Positions 16,552-26,929 of a stretch of DNA of 64,000 nt are shown one piece after another. The position numbers were made by a program, and so were the translations under genes. How positions within the stretch are numbered: the stretch's first letter is position 1; each line of letters begins with the position of its first letter. The stretch spans positions 1,125 to 65,124 of the forward strand of contig JBMDWN010000024.1 of the NCBI GenBank assembly GCA_048595275.1, given 5' to 3'. The stretch comes from Olivibacter sp. Lineage in GTDB: Bacteria; Bacteroidota; Bacteroidia; Sphingobacteriales; Sphingobacteriaceae. The notes below the pieces were generated by a model that was not told the origin of the DNA, searched no databases, and saw only the letters and a list, made by a program, of their open reading frames with translations.

Positions 16552-19500
16552 TTATAAAGCTAAGTTCAACTTCAAACCTATACTTCTATTGGATGGGATC
16601 TGATATTGCTCAATACCCAATCCGTCATTACCGACACCCAGTCCGGTCTCCGGATCCACATTAGAGATGTTACTCTTATGCGTATAAAGTAAGGCGACAT
16701 TGTTTGCAAAAAGTGATAAACTCGCTCCTTTCATCCATCCAAGTTTTGAAACCAGGCGGGAGGGCAAACGGTAACCCAGCGTGATATTCCTTAACTTCAC
16801 AAAGCTACCATCAATAATATCGAACTCAGTACCTCCACCGGCGTAGGAAACATTGCTGTAAAAGTCATCCGCCGACAAACGGATATCATTCCGGCTTCCG
16901 TCAGCCTTTACGAAGTTGTGGTCCTGCATAACATTCTCACCCGCTATGACACCAGTCTCCCGAATGTTTCCGTCCGCTGTGAAGTCCAGGACTCCGGTAG
17001 TAGCACCAAACATTTGGGTAACGCTAAAGAAATCCCCTCCTTTACGAAAATCTACCAGAAAACTCAACAGGAAGTTTTTGTAAGAGAAGCTATTGTTTAT
17101 CCCTCCAACCCAGTCGGGTGTAATGTTACCAATCGGCTGCTGTGCTTCGAATTCCGGCAATCCATTTTCGTTGACGATAATAGATCCCTCCTCGTTGCGT
17201 GAATAGGCTAAGCCTCTTATCACACCGAATTCCTCACCTGGTACAGCACTTATGTTTACACCCCAGGCGTTTGTGATCGGGTAATTGGATAGTTCCTGTC
17301 CGGTAGTAGGATCAGTATAGAGTTCATTAACCCGGTTACGGTTTAATGACCAATTAATATCTACATCCCAGTTAAAACCATTTTCTCCCTTTTGAACCGG
17401 TGTGCCACCAAGTTGAATTTCCACACCCTTATTCTGGATTTCTCCTGCGTTAATTAAGAGACTACTGGCACCGGTGAAGCGAGGCAAGTCAATCCCCATA
17501 ATCTGATTCGTTGTGATCTTATCGTAATAAGTTGCGTCAAACCTTAACCGTCTGTTAAAGGCGGCCAGCTCCAGTCCTATTTCGTAACTGTTAACCTTTT
17601 CAGGCTTTAAATTTACCGGAGGTATCTGAGAGTCGAGACGGTTGAGCGGGGCTCCCCCGAAGGCCGGGTTGACGTATAAATAGTACAAGAAGGTTTGATA
17701 GGGATCCGTATCATTACCGACTTGGGCGTAACTTCCTCTTAATTTACCGTAATTCAGCCAAGAGTTATTCAGCCCTAAAGATTCAGTAAAGATCCAACTC
17801 AGACTAGCGGATGGATAAAAGTAAGACCAGTTGCCGCTTGGAAGCGTACTGCTCCAGTCATTCCGGGCAGTCAGATCCAAATACAACTGGCTTTTGTATC
17901 CGACTGATGCCTGTCCATAAACACTATTAACACGACGATGGAAAAGCGCATTTTCTGCCTGAGGATATCCGTTTACGTTTTCTATAGAATATACACCGGG
18001 GACAGCCAAATCTTCCGCGAAGATCATCGTATATTTTGTTTTGTTATCCCGTATAGTGGAACCTGCGGTGTAATTTAAGCTAAAATCGTCCGAAAGACTG
18101 CCAGAACCGGTAAGCAGGAAGTCAACATTCAATTCATTCTTATAAAACTCCGTCTGACGGTAATTACCATTCATACCAGAACGGTAAACATCTATCTGTC
18201 TGTCAGAGGTTCTTTGCTGTCTGTTTTCATATGACCAGTCATCACCAACCCGAACCATGGCATTCAGCCAATCGCTGAACTTGTAGGAAGCAGACATGTA
18301 GCCGAACATACGGTCTTTGGTACGTGCCTGCTGGAAGATGCTATTGGCGACTTCAAAAGGATTGTCATGATAAATACTAATCCAGTTGTAAGGGCGACCA
18401 TCCTCAAAAGTCCGTCCCTGATTCCGTCTTAAGTCTTCCATGTCGACTTGTCGGCCAAACCAGCTTCCGATGCTGTTCAGCGGGTTGAACGAGTTGTACC
18501 CCTGACCAATCAGGTTGTCATTATCGGTACGAACATAGTTCACTAACGCTTCAACTGTAAACCGATCGGTGATGTTTTGTGTAGTTCTCAATTGAACCGT
18601 ATTACGCTTTTGATCGGTATTTGGAATCGTCCCTTTTTGGGTCTGGTTTCCAACGGCAAAACGGGTGCTCCCTTTGTCCGTATTACTTGTAAAAGCAAGG
18701 TTATTATCCAAGGTGTAACCCGTATCGAAATAACTCCTGAAATTGTCAGGATGTGATACCCACGGAGTCGCTGTCCTGTTACCATCCGCATCTAATGGTG
18801 AATTAAACTGTGGTATCAGAAGTCCGGCATCGAGTCTCGGACCCCAACTTTCGTCGACTTCATCGTTCACTCCGCCCCCGAAACCGTCAACATAGCTAAA
18901 ACTGTTTTCTCTTGCCCAATCGTTGTAAGAACCTGGAGATCCATCAAGTTGGTACCAGTATTCTCCTCCTGTACGACCTTGTCCGTATTTATTCTGGAAT
19001 CGTGGGAAAATATAAGGCTTTTCGAAAGACGCGCCGCCGGAATAGGTAATACCTAATCCCTTTTCTCCGGAGCCGGATTTAGTGGTTATAACGATTACGC
19101 CGTTAGCCGCTCTCGAACCATAAAGAGCCGCTGCATTGGCTCCCTTCAAGACGTTAACCGACTCGATATTATTCGGATCCAATTCCTGAATACCTGACCC
19201 GAAATCCACATTTTGTACGTCTACGCCATCTCTCCCGCCAGCGTTTACATTAGTCGCGCTATTGTCAATAGGAACACCGTCAATTACGAATAAGGGCTGA
19301 TTATTTCCACCAAAAGAATTGTTCCCTCTCAATACAATACGAGAACTGGCTCCTACCGCACCACTTGATGCTGTTACCTGCGCGCCTGCAACTCTACCGG
19401 AGAGATTGTTGAGCACGTTTTGATTGTTATTTACCGTTAGGTTTTCGCCTTTCACCTCCTGCGTAGCATAACCTAAAGCCTGCCGCTCTCTTTTTATCCC

Positions 19501-19833
19501 TAACGCCGTTACCACTACCTCACTTAATTGAGCTGCATCTGACGACAATTCAATATTATACTCGTTACTGGATGACAAGGTGATTGTTTGGTTTTCGTAT
19601 CCAATGTAGGATATAGTAATTGATGCGGTACTTTGCGGCAGGGTTAGCGAGAACTGACCATCTGTATCCGTTTGCGTACCGGTGTTAGTTCCGGTAGCAA
19701 TTATCGATACTCCAGGCAGAGGTTCGGAACCCTCTTTGTCAACCACTTTACCTCTAATGGTCCGCTCCTGCCCATATGCTGCTCCGACAAAGAGCATACA
19801 AAGCAAAAAGAAGCTTAGTACATTTTGTTTCAT
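16552..19833 (-). CDS. SusC/RagA-family TonB-dependent outer-membrane transporter
   Basis: 1093 aa. Signal peptide, then a carboxypeptidase-regulatory-like domain (IRGKVVDKEGSEPLPGVSII...TDGQFSL), then a plug (VVVTALGIKRERQALGYATQEV). No N-terminal STN/signalling extension. Confidence 0.93.
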   Translation of the reverse strand: MKQNVLSFFLLCMLFVGAAYGQERTIRGKVVDKEGSEPLPGVSIIATGTNTGTQTDTDGQFSLTLPQSTASITISYIGYENQTITLSSSNEYNIELSSDAAQLSEVVVTALGIKRERQALGYATQEVKGENLTVNNNQNVLNNLSGRVAGAQVTASSGAVGASSRIVLRGNNSFGGNNQPLFVIDGVPIDNSATNVNAGGRDGVDVQNVDFGSGIQELDPNNIESVNVLKGANAAALYGSRAANGVIVITTKSGSGEKGLGITYSGGASFEKPYIFPRFQNKYGQGRTGGEYWYQLDGSPGSYNDWARENSFSYVDGFGGGVNDEVDESWGPRLDAGLLIPQFNSPLDADGNRTATPWVSHPDNFRSYFDTGYTLDNNLAFTSNTDKGSTRFAVGNQTQKGTIPNTDQKRNTVQLRTTQNITDRFTVEALVNYVRTDNDNLIGQGYNSFNPLNSIGSWFGRQVDMEDLRRNQGRTFEDGRPYNWISIYHDNPFEVANSIFQQARTKDRMFGYMSASYKFSDWLNAMVRVGDDWSYENRQQRTSDRQIDVYRSGMNGNYRQTEFYKNELNVDFLLTGSGSLSDDFSLNYTAGSTIRDNKTKYTMIFAEDLAVPGVYSIENVNGYPQAENALFHRRVNSVYGQASVGYKSQLYLDLTARNDWSSTLPSGNWSYFYPSASLSWIFTESLGLNNSWLNYGKLRGSYAQVGNDTDPYQTFLYYLYVNPAFGGAPLNRLDSQIPPVNLKPEKVNSYEIGLELAAFNRRLRFDATYYDKITTNQIMGIDLPRFTGASSLLINAGEIQNKGVEIQLGGTPVQKGENGFNWDVDINWSLNRNRVNELYTDPTTGQELSNYPITNAWGVNISAVPGEEFGVIRGLAYSRNEEGSIIVNENGLPEFEAQQPIGNITPDWVGGINNSFSYKNFLLSFLVDFRKGGDFFSVTQMFGATTGVLDFTADGNIRETGVIAGENVMQDHNFVKADGSRNDIRLSADDFYSNVSYAGGGTEFDIIDGSFVKLRNITLGYRLPSRLVSKLGWMKGASLSLFANNVALLYTHKSNISNVDPETGLGVGNDGLGIEQYQIPSNRSIGLKLNLAL

Positions 19834-20104
19834 GTGTGTGTTTGTTAATTAAACTTTATTCGACTAAGAAAACGAATCGTCCGACAGGTGACCGAAGGAA
19901 ATACAGGTTATAGAAAGCTCAGTTTAAACATACTCGGAATGCCCCTCTACACTTATCAGATTCTAATATAAGATGACGACTTATTTTCTCTATAGATATA
20001 TAATTGGCAAATGTCTATATATTTCTAGTATTTAGAAACTTTTAAGAAAAAAATTCTTTCTTCAGCTCTGTAATATTAGTATGACATTAGAAAATGATAG
20101 CCGG

Positions 20105-20284
20105 TCAACTTGCTTTGGCGGGTGATGCACTCAGACTTTCCATCCACTCCGTTAATAAGCGTTCAAATTGCCGGGCTTGAAGCGGATCCTTTAACAATTC
20201 AGATAACTGCTTTTGCTCTTTGGGTTTGAGCTTACCGGTCCCGTGCTTGATGAAAAGCAGCCGAATATCTGCATCCGTTTTCAT
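20105..20284 (-). CDS. Possible 59-aa ORF resembling the N-terminal cytoplasmic segment of FecR-type anti-sigma factors (possible gene remnant)
   Basis: My own translation: MKTDADIRLLFIKHGTGKLKPKEQKQLSELLKDPLQARQFERLLTEWMESLSASPAKAS. It falls below the ORF-track length cutoff. Coding status is uncertain. Confidence 0.3.
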   Translation of the reverse strand: MKTDADIRLLFIKHGTGKLKPKEQKQLSELLKDPLQARQFERLLTEWMESLSASPAKAS

Positions 20285-20371
20285 AAGGACTAAATTAAAG
20301 GTCCTTATGTTAAGGATAGGTTATTTATCAGCTAAATTATTTGATCTTAACGTTAGACAAGGGTTCCAGCT

Positions 20372-22201
20372 TTATAAGGGACTGCTTTCAAACGTCTGCA
20401 TATTGACGAGCTTCCGGTAGAGCCCATCCTGTTCCAATAATTCCTGATGCGTGCCGCGTTCCACAATCCTCCCGGCATCCAGCACCAAAATCGTATCGGC
20501 ATTTTGAATCGTACTTAAGCGGTGGGCAATAACCAGCGACGTTCGGCTATGCATAAGCTTGTTTAACGCTTCCTGCACCAACTTTTCAGATTCCGTATCC
20601 AGCGCCGATGTAGCCTCGTCAAGGAGCAGGATAGGCGGGTTTTTCAGAACAGCCCGGGCAATGCAGATCCGCTGTCGCTGTCCTCCGGAAAGTTTTACTC
20701 CGCGATCACCGATATTGGTTTGATAGCCCTGCTCGGTCTGCGTAATAAAATCGTGCGCGTTAGCGATTCGGGCAGCCGCAATCACTTCTTCTTCGGTAAC
20801 ATCGGTCGTACCAAAGGCAATGTTATTCAGAATGGTATCGTTAAACAGAACAGACTCCTGGCTTACCGTCCCCATCAGTGAACGCAAAGAGGTCGATTGC
20901 ACTTGCCGGATATCCAGTCCGTCCAGCAAAATTTGTCCGTCTTCAACTTCCAGGAACCTCGGCAGCAGGTCCATTAGGGTCGACTTACCTCCCCCCGACG
21001 GGCCAACCAGGGCCACTGTAGTGCCTTTGGGTATCTCGAAACTAATGTCTTTGAGCACCCGCTTATCAGGGTAGGCAAAACTTACCTGATCAAAGACGAT
21101 TGATTCTCCGAAGGCAGATACGGTGACGGCATCGGATGCATCGCTAATGGCTGGGCGTTCGTCAATCAGTTCCAGTACCCGCTCTCCTGCAGCAATGCCG
21201 GAGTGGATATTGCTGAACGAGTCTGTTATAGCTTTTGCAGGCCGCATGATCTGCGAGAACATAGCGATATAAGCGATGAAAGAGGCAGGATCTAATTCCT
21301 CGCTGCCCGCTAAGACCAGCTTGCCACCATAGAGCACAAGTGCTGCCACCATAAACACACCCAACATTTCCGATACCGGCGAGCCGAGTTGCTGCCTGCG
21401 CGCCATACGGCGCCCTATTTTAGAGTAATATTGATTTTCTCCATGGAACCTCGTTTTTACATAATCTGTAGCATTAAATGCCTTAATTACTTTTATCCCG
21501 GAAAGTGCCTCATCCAGGTAACTGATCATTTTCCCGTAGACTTGCTGCGCTTCTGTTGCCTGTGACTTAAGCCGTCTGACAATGAGCGATATGATAAAGG
21601 CAGATAGAGGAATGACAAGAATCGCAAAAAAGGTAAGCTTGTAACTGATGGCAAAGAGCCAGATAAGGTAAAAGATCAACTGCAATGGTTCTTTGAAGAC
21701 CACTTGCAGCGTAGCCGTTACGGAGAACTGGACAACCTGGACATCCGAAGCGATTTTTGATATGATGTCGCCCTTGCGCTGATTGCTGAAATATCCGACA
21801 TGAAGGTCCATTACGTTATCAAACACCGCCCGTCGCAGATTCAACAAGGTATGGATGCGCAGGTTTTCCATGACTCGCTGTGAAATATAACGAAACAGGT
21901 TACTTAGAAAAACAGAGGCGACGATCACCGCTAAAACCCATTTTAAGGTCTCATACTCACCGTACCTCATATTCAGCTGCTGGGCATAATAGTTGAAGTA
22001 GTCAATCAGGTTCAACCAGCTATCTGGCCTGGTTAAAATTTCATCATGAGCGTCCTGAATAAAAAGCGTATTCAGGAGCGGAATCAGCAAAGCGAGATTT
22101 AGAGTACCGAAAAAAACAGTGACAAGCGTTACTAAAATATAGGGGATAGCGTATTTCTCGATCGGTTTAGCGAACGACAATAGCCTGAAATATGTCTTCA
22201 T
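20372..22201 (-). CDS. ABC transporter, fused permease/ATPase, MsbA-like exporter
   Basis: Six-TM N-terminal domain, Walker A GPSGGGKST, signature LSGGQRQR, Walker B ILLLDEATSALD. Confidence 0.92.
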   Translation of the reverse strand: MKTYFRLLSFAKPIEKYAIPYILVTLVTVFFGTLNLALLIPLLNTLFIQDAHDEILTRPDSWLNLIDYFNYYAQQLNMRYGEYETLKWVLAVIVASVFLSNLFRYISQRVMENLRIHTLLNLRRAVFDNVMDLHVGYFSNQRKGDIISKIASDVQVVQFSVTATLQVVFKEPLQLIFYLIWLFAISYKLTFFAILVIPLSAFIISLIVRRLKSQATEAQQVYGKMISYLDEALSGIKVIKAFNATDYVKTRFHGENQYYSKIGRRMARRQQLGSPVSEMLGVFMVAALVLYGGKLVLAGSEELDPASFIAYIAMFSQIMRPAKAITDSFSNIHSGIAAGERVLELIDERPAISDASDAVTVSAFGESIVFDQVSFAYPDKRVLKDISFEIPKGTTVALVGPSGGGKSTLMDLLPRFLEVEDGQILLDGLDIRQVQSTSLRSLMGTVSQESVLFNDTILNNIAFGTTDVTEEEVIAAARIANAHDFITQTEQGYQTNIGDRGVKLSGGQRQRICIARAVLKNPPILLLDEATSALDTESEKLVQEALNKLMHSRTSLVIAHRLSTIQNADTILVLDAGRIVERGTHQELLEQDGLYRKLVNMQTFESSPL

Positions 22202-22305
22202 TCTTCACAAAGCTTCCGGCAAAATTACTAAAAAATAACGAAGGGACTCATTTTGGTAAAACTTAGGGAAAAGCATTAACTTAGAACGCTTAAACAAAAA
22301 CGCAG

Positions 22306-23466
22306 ATGTTTATTAACGTTGCCGACCGTCTGAACCATACCGAAGAATACTACTTCTCCAGAAAACTTAAGGAGATTGATGCCATGAATAAAGCGGGTGC
22401 TAATGTGATCAACCTGGGAATAGGCAGTCCGGACTTACCTCCAGCCCCGAAAGTCATCGACACGCTTTGCGAATATGCGCACCAGAATAATACGCATGCT
22501 TATCAGAACTATCGGGGAATTCCCGAGTTGAGAAATGCTATGGCGGACTGGTATAAAAGGTATTACGCTGTCACGGTTAATCCTGAAACCGAGGTTTTAC
22601 CCCTGATTGGGTCGAAAGAAGGTATTATGCACATTTGCATGACTTACCTCCAGGAAGGCGATGAAGTACTGATTCCAAATCCCGGCTACCCTACCTACAG
22701 TTCCGCTGTGCGCCTGACCGGAGCTACCATCCGTTACTATAACCTCACGGAAGAAGGGGGGTGGCTCCCCAATCTTGAACAACTGGAGAGTCAAGACCTC
22801 AGCAAGGTTAAGCTGATGTGGGTAAACTATCCGCATATGCCGACGGGAACAGCAGCAGGAGAAGACCTTTTTAAGGAAATGGTTGAATTTGCGAAACGTA
22901 ACAGGATTTTGCTCTGCCATGATAACCCCTATAGTTTTATTTTAAACGATAAACCCGAAAGTTTACTGAAGTATGACCCTGATAAAGAGGTGGTGATTGA
23001 ATTGAACTCGCTCAGCAAGTCGGCTAATATGGCTGGATGGCGTATAGGCATGCTGACAGGTCATGAAGACCGGATAGCGGAAATCTTACGTTTTAAAAGC
23101 AATATGGATTCGGGGATGTTCAAGCCGATGCAAATGGCGGCTCTAAAAGCACTGGAACTTGGTCCCGAATGGTACGGCACGCTCAATAAAACTTACGCGA
23201 AGCGACGTGAAAAAGCCCATCAGCTGCTGGACATGTTAAATTGCGGCTATACGAAAGACCAGGTTGGCATGTTCATCTGGGCGAAAGTTCCGGAAATGGA
23301 CGGCTATAAGCTAAGTGACCGCATATTACATGGGGCGGCTGTATTTATAACGCCGGGGGGTATTTTCGGTTCTCAGGGTGAGCTTTATGTACGCGTCAGC
23401 CTTTGTACAACGGTAGAGGTATTCGATCAAGCCATTCAGCGTATTCAGCAAGCATTAAACTTATGA
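22306..23466 (+). CDS. Class I/II PLP-dependent aminotransferase
   Basis: 386 aa. NSLSKSANMAGWRIG (PLP-lysine motif). Translationally coupled to prephenate dehydrogenase, which suggests a role in aromatic amino acid synthesis. Confidence 0.88.
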   Translation: MFINVADRLNHTEEYYFSRKLKEIDAMNKAGANVINLGIGSPDLPPAPKVIDTLCEYAHQNNTHAYQNYRGIPELRNAMADWYKRYYAVTVNPETEVLPLIGSKEGIMHICMTYLQEGDEVLIPNPGYPTYSSAVRLTGATIRYYNLTEEGGWLPNLEQLESQDLSKVKLMWVNYPHMPTGTAAGEDLFKEMVEFAKRNRILLCHDNPYSFILNDKPESLLKYDPDKEVVIELNSLSKSANMAGWRIGMLTGHEDRIAEILRFKSNMDSGMFKPMQMAALKALELGPEWYGTLNKTYAKRREKAHQLLDMLNCGYTKDQVGMFIWAKVPEMDGYKLSDRILHGAAVFITPGGIFGSQGELYVRVSLCTTVEVFDQAIQRIQQALNL

Positions 23467-24305
23467 AAATTGCGATCATAGGCACAGGACTTATAGGCGG
23501 GTCACTCGCCATCAGTTTGAAGGCAAGCGGCTTTGCAGATCAGATCCTCGGTGTGGACAAAAGCGATCAGAATCTGAAGAAAGCGCTCGAAATAGGTTTT
23601 ATCGATCAGGCTATGAGTTTGGATCAGGCTATTCAGGAAGCCGACCTCTTTATTCTCACCATACCGGTTGATGGGATTGTTCGTTTATTGCCCACACTTC
23701 TGGATGGCATCCGGAACGAACAGGTGGTGCTGGAAATGGGCTCTACCAAAGAGGCGATCCTGAATGCGGTAGATCGAAATCCTAAAAGAGGACGGCTGGT
23801 GGCCATGCACCCCATGGCGGGAACAGAATACTCAGGACCCGAGGCCGCTATTCCAAACCTGTATAAGGATAAAACAATGATTTTCTGCGATGTGACCAGT
23901 AGCGATGAGGATGCTTTCGACCTGGCCGAAGCGCTCGTAGAAGCGCTGAACATGAAAGTTGTTTTCATGAACGCCAGGGAGCATGATATCCATACCGCTT
24001 ACGTTTCCCATATCTCTCACATTACCTCCTTCGCACTAGCATTGACGGTCCTGGAGAAGGAAAAGTCTCAGGGGCGTATCTTCGAGTTGGCGGGTTCGGG
24101 ATTTGAATCGACGGTTCGCCTCGCGAAAAGCTCAGCAGAAATGTGGATTCCGATTTTCAAACAGAATAAAAAAAATGTGCTGGACGTTCTTGAAGAGCAC
24201 ATTCATCAGCTGCAGGAAATTCAGTCTGCAATAAAGGATGAAGATTATGAGAAGCTGCGTCGTTCTATTAAAAAATCAAATAAGATCAAACGAATACTTA
24301 AATAG
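23463..24305 (+). CDS. tyrA: Prephenate dehydrogenase
   Basis: MKIAIIGTGLIGGSLA NAD-binding start. I prefer the ATG at 23463 (ATGA overlap with the aminotransferase stop) over the ORF-track start at 23403. Confidence 0.85.
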   Translation: MKIAIIGTGLIGGSLAISLKASGFADQILGVDKSDQNLKKALEIGFIDQAMSLDQAIQEADLFILTIPVDGIVRLLPTLLDGIRNEQVVLEMGSTKEAILNAVDRNPKRGRLVAMHPMAGTEYSGPEAAIPNLYKDKTMIFCDVTSSDEDAFDLAEALVEALNMKVVFMNAREHDIHTAYVSHISHITSFALALTVLEKEKSQGRIFELAGSGFESTVRLAKSSAEMWIPIFKQNKKNVLDVLEEHIHQLQEIQSAIKDEDYEKLRRSIKKSNKIKRILK

Positions 24306-24317
24306 GCACTAAACTGA

Positions 24318-25025
24318 TCAGCGATTCAGCAGATTTAGTTCCATACAAGCATATAGTCCGGCGGTTTCGGTTCTCAACCGGGTCTCTCCAAGGTTTACAG
24401 GCGTGATTCCTGCTGACAGGGATTGTTCAATCTCACGAACGCTGAAATCACCCTCCGGCCCGATTAATACAGCTGCCCCGGCGTTTCTCGCCATCCGGTC
24501 CGTCAAAAAGTTTTTTTTCCCCTCCCTGCAATGCGCAATAAAAGATGTTTGCGACGATAAGCCAGGAAGGAGTTGATCGAATGAGATAGCCGGGTTCAGC
24601 TTGGGAAGATAAGCGCTGAGCGATTGCTTCATAGCGGAGATCAATACCTTTTCCAGTCGGGCCAGCTTGATTTCGGTGCGTTCGGAATGGTCACAAATAA
24701 TCGGGGTTATCTCATCAATCCCTATTTCCGTACTCTTCTCCAGGAACCACTCAAAACGATCGATGTTTTTTGTCGGTGCGATAGCGATATGCAAAAAATG
24801 ATTTCTCTTCCTATATTCAGTTGTTACAGATAACACCCTCGCAAGGGTACGCTTCGGATGGGGATCCTCGATTACCGCTGCGTAAAAGCCTCCTGAGCCG
24901 TCTACCAGATTAATTTCATCACCCTGTGTAAGACGGAGTACCCTACTACTGTGCTTACTTTCCTCTTCGCTGAACTGGTAAAGCTCTTGTTCACTCGTTA
25001 TGTCAGGCGTATAAAAAAGATGCAC
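24318..25025 (-). CDS. rsmE: 16S rRNA (uracil1498-N3)-methyltransferase RsmE
   Basis: 235 aa, N-terminus HLFYTPDI, C-terminal LIGPEGDFS motif, GTG start. Confidence 0.85.
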   Translation of the reverse strand: MHLFYTPDITSEQELYQFSEEESKHSSRVLRLTQGDEINLVDGSGGFYAAVIEDPHPKRTLARVLSVTTEYRKRNHFLHIAIAPTKNIDRFEWFLEKSTEIGIDEITPIICDHSERTEIKLARLEKVLISAMKQSLSAYLPKLNPAISFDQLLPGLSSQTSFIAHCREGKKNFLTDRMARNAGAAVLIGPEGDFSVREIEQSLSAGITPVNLGETRLRTETAGLYACMELNLLNR

Positions 25026-25031
25026 GGATTG

Positions 25032-26351
25032 TCAATTATCGTCGCTTTCCTGTTCGCTATCTCCGGGGAGCAATTCCAGTCGTACATATTCGATGTTTTG
25101 CTGGGTCTTCTTCAAAATGGTAAACACATAGCCGTAAAACTCCTTGCGTTCGCCTACATCCGGAATTTTATCGAAGACGGAAATAACCAAGCCGGAGATC
25201 GTATCGTAATCATTGCTCTCCGGCAACTCCAAAGGAAGATACTCATTCACATCATGCACACTGGCAGAAGCTTCTACCACATACTCGTTATCTGAGACCT
25301 TTTCTACGATGGGCTTTTCTTCATCGTACTCATCCTGTATCTCACCAACGAGTTCTTCTACAATATCTTCAAGGGTAACCATTCCCGCTGTTCCTCCGAA
25401 TTCGTCCAGCACAATGGCGATCTGTATCCTCTTGAGCTGGAATTCGCTCATCAGATCGTTTATCTTTTTGTTCTCAGCAATGAAATACGGCTTTCTGATT
25501 ATCGTCTTCAGCACAAAATCCTTCTGACTGACCATCAGCGGCAAAATATCCTTAGCGTGGATAATCCCCACGATACGGTCGATCGTTTCATCGTAAACCG
25601 GTATCCGGGAATAGCCTTCGCTGATGATGGTTTCCAACAACTCCTCCTTCGTACTGGTTAACTCAATACCGACTATTTTCGTCCTGGGCACCATGATGTT
25701 CTTAACCAGGCGCTCATTGAAGTCAAAAACATTTTTAATGAGCTCGTGTTCCGCCATATTCAGCGCTCCACTCTCTTTACCCTGATCAAGCAGGTACTGC
25801 AATTCTTCTGAAGAATGGGAATTTTCAGAGGCATGGGTGGAAAAACCCAGCGCTTTCAGGATAAGGTTTGCAAAACCATTAAGCACCCATATGAAAGGTC
25901 TGAATATAATGTACAGAAACCGGAGCGGTAAGGCGATAAACATGGTGGTTGGCACCGACTTCTGAATAGCTATTGATTTGGGTGCTAATTCTCCAAAGAC
26001 AATATGCAGCACCGTTATAATGGTGAACGCCAGAACATGTCCCAGATTAGTCGCCAGCTGACCGGATAGTTCTACATTGAAGAATGCGAAGCTCTGATGA
26101 ATAATATCGGTCATCACTGATTCGCCAACCCAACCTAAACCAAGAGACGATAAAGTAATCCCGAGCTGGGTGGCAGCAAGATAAGCATCCAGATTTCCGA
26201 CTATATGCTTGGCAACCTTTGCGACCTGGCTTCCTTCTTTGACTTTTAACTCAATTTGGGAAGCCCGTACTTTTACAATAGCAAACTCCGCAGCAACAAA
26301 AAAGCCGTTAAGAAGGACCAGAAAGAAGGTGACAAAAATCTGGAAAGCCAT
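25032..26351 (-). CDS. CNNM/TlyC-family membrane protein (DUF21 + CBS pair + CorC_HlyC domain)
   Basis: 439 aa. Four N-terminal TM helices (LLNGFFVAAEFAIVKVR), a central CBS pair and a C-terminal transporter-associated domain. Confidence 0.88.
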   Translation of the reverse strand: MAFQIFVTFFLVLLNGFFVAAEFAIVKVRASQIELKVKEGSQVAKVAKHIVGNLDAYLAATQLGITLSSLGLGWVGESVMTDIIHQSFAFFNVELSGQLATNLGHVLAFTIITVLHIVFGELAPKSIAIQKSVPTTMFIALPLRFLYIIFRPFIWVLNGFANLILKALGFSTHASENSHSSEELQYLLDQGKESGALNMAEHELIKNVFDFNERLVKNIMVPRTKIVGIELTSTKEELLETIISEGYSRIPVYDETIDRIVGIIHAKDILPLMVSQKDFVLKTIIRKPYFIAENKKINDLMSEFQLKRIQIAIVLDEFGGTAGMVTLEDIVEELVGEIQDEYDEEKPIVEKVSDNEYVVEASASVHDVNEYLPLELPESNDYDTISGLVISVFDKIPDVGERKEFYGYVFTILKKTQQNIEYVRLELLPGDSEQESDDN

Positions 26352-26356
26352 GGGCC

Positions 26357-26896
26357 TTATTGCTTAGTGAAAGTGTCTTTGTATAAAGTTAAACTCTCTT
26401 CAATTGCTTTATAAGCGAAAGACTTGCCCATCCACTTTTCGATTGTCACATTTTTCCCTTCCAAAGCTTTGTAATCCTGAAAAAAGCGGACGATTTCCTT
26501 CATGGTGTGCGGAGGTAACTCAGACAGGTCATTAATATAATTTACAGACATGTCATTTTTGGCTACAGCGATGATTTTATCGTCCTGCTCCCCTCCATCT
26601 ACCATGTGCATAACACCAATGACTTTGGCTTCGATTATTGACATCGGCACGACGTCAACAGAACAAATCACTAAGATGTCCAGCGGATCTTTATCATCAC
26701 AGTACGTTTGCGGAATGAATCCATAATTTGCCGGATACATGACCGAAGAAAACAAAACCCGATCCAGTTTTAATAAGCCACTTTCTTTGTCTATTTCGTA
26801 TTTCGCTTTAGAACCTTTTGGAATTTCTATAATAGCATTAACTGAAGTTGGGACATCTTCTCCGGGGGAGACACTGTGCCACGGGTGCGCTTTCAT
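26357..26896 (-). CDS. ppa: Inorganic pyrophosphatase (family I)
   Basis: [24 protein letters not shown]....[23 protein letters not shown], the canonical family I signature. Confidence 0.95.
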   Translation of the reverse strand: MKAHPWHSVSPGEDVPTSVNAIIEIPKGSKAKYEIDKESGLLKLDRVLFSSVMYPANYGFIPQTYCDDKDPLDILVICSVDVVPMSIIEAKVIGVMHMVDGGEQDDKIIAVAKNDMSVNYINDLSELPPHTMKEIVRFFQDYKALEGKNVTIEKWMGKSFAYKAIEESLTLYKDTFTKQ

Positions 26897-26929
26897 ATAT
26901 TTTATTTAACGATCTATTCTTATTAAAAG

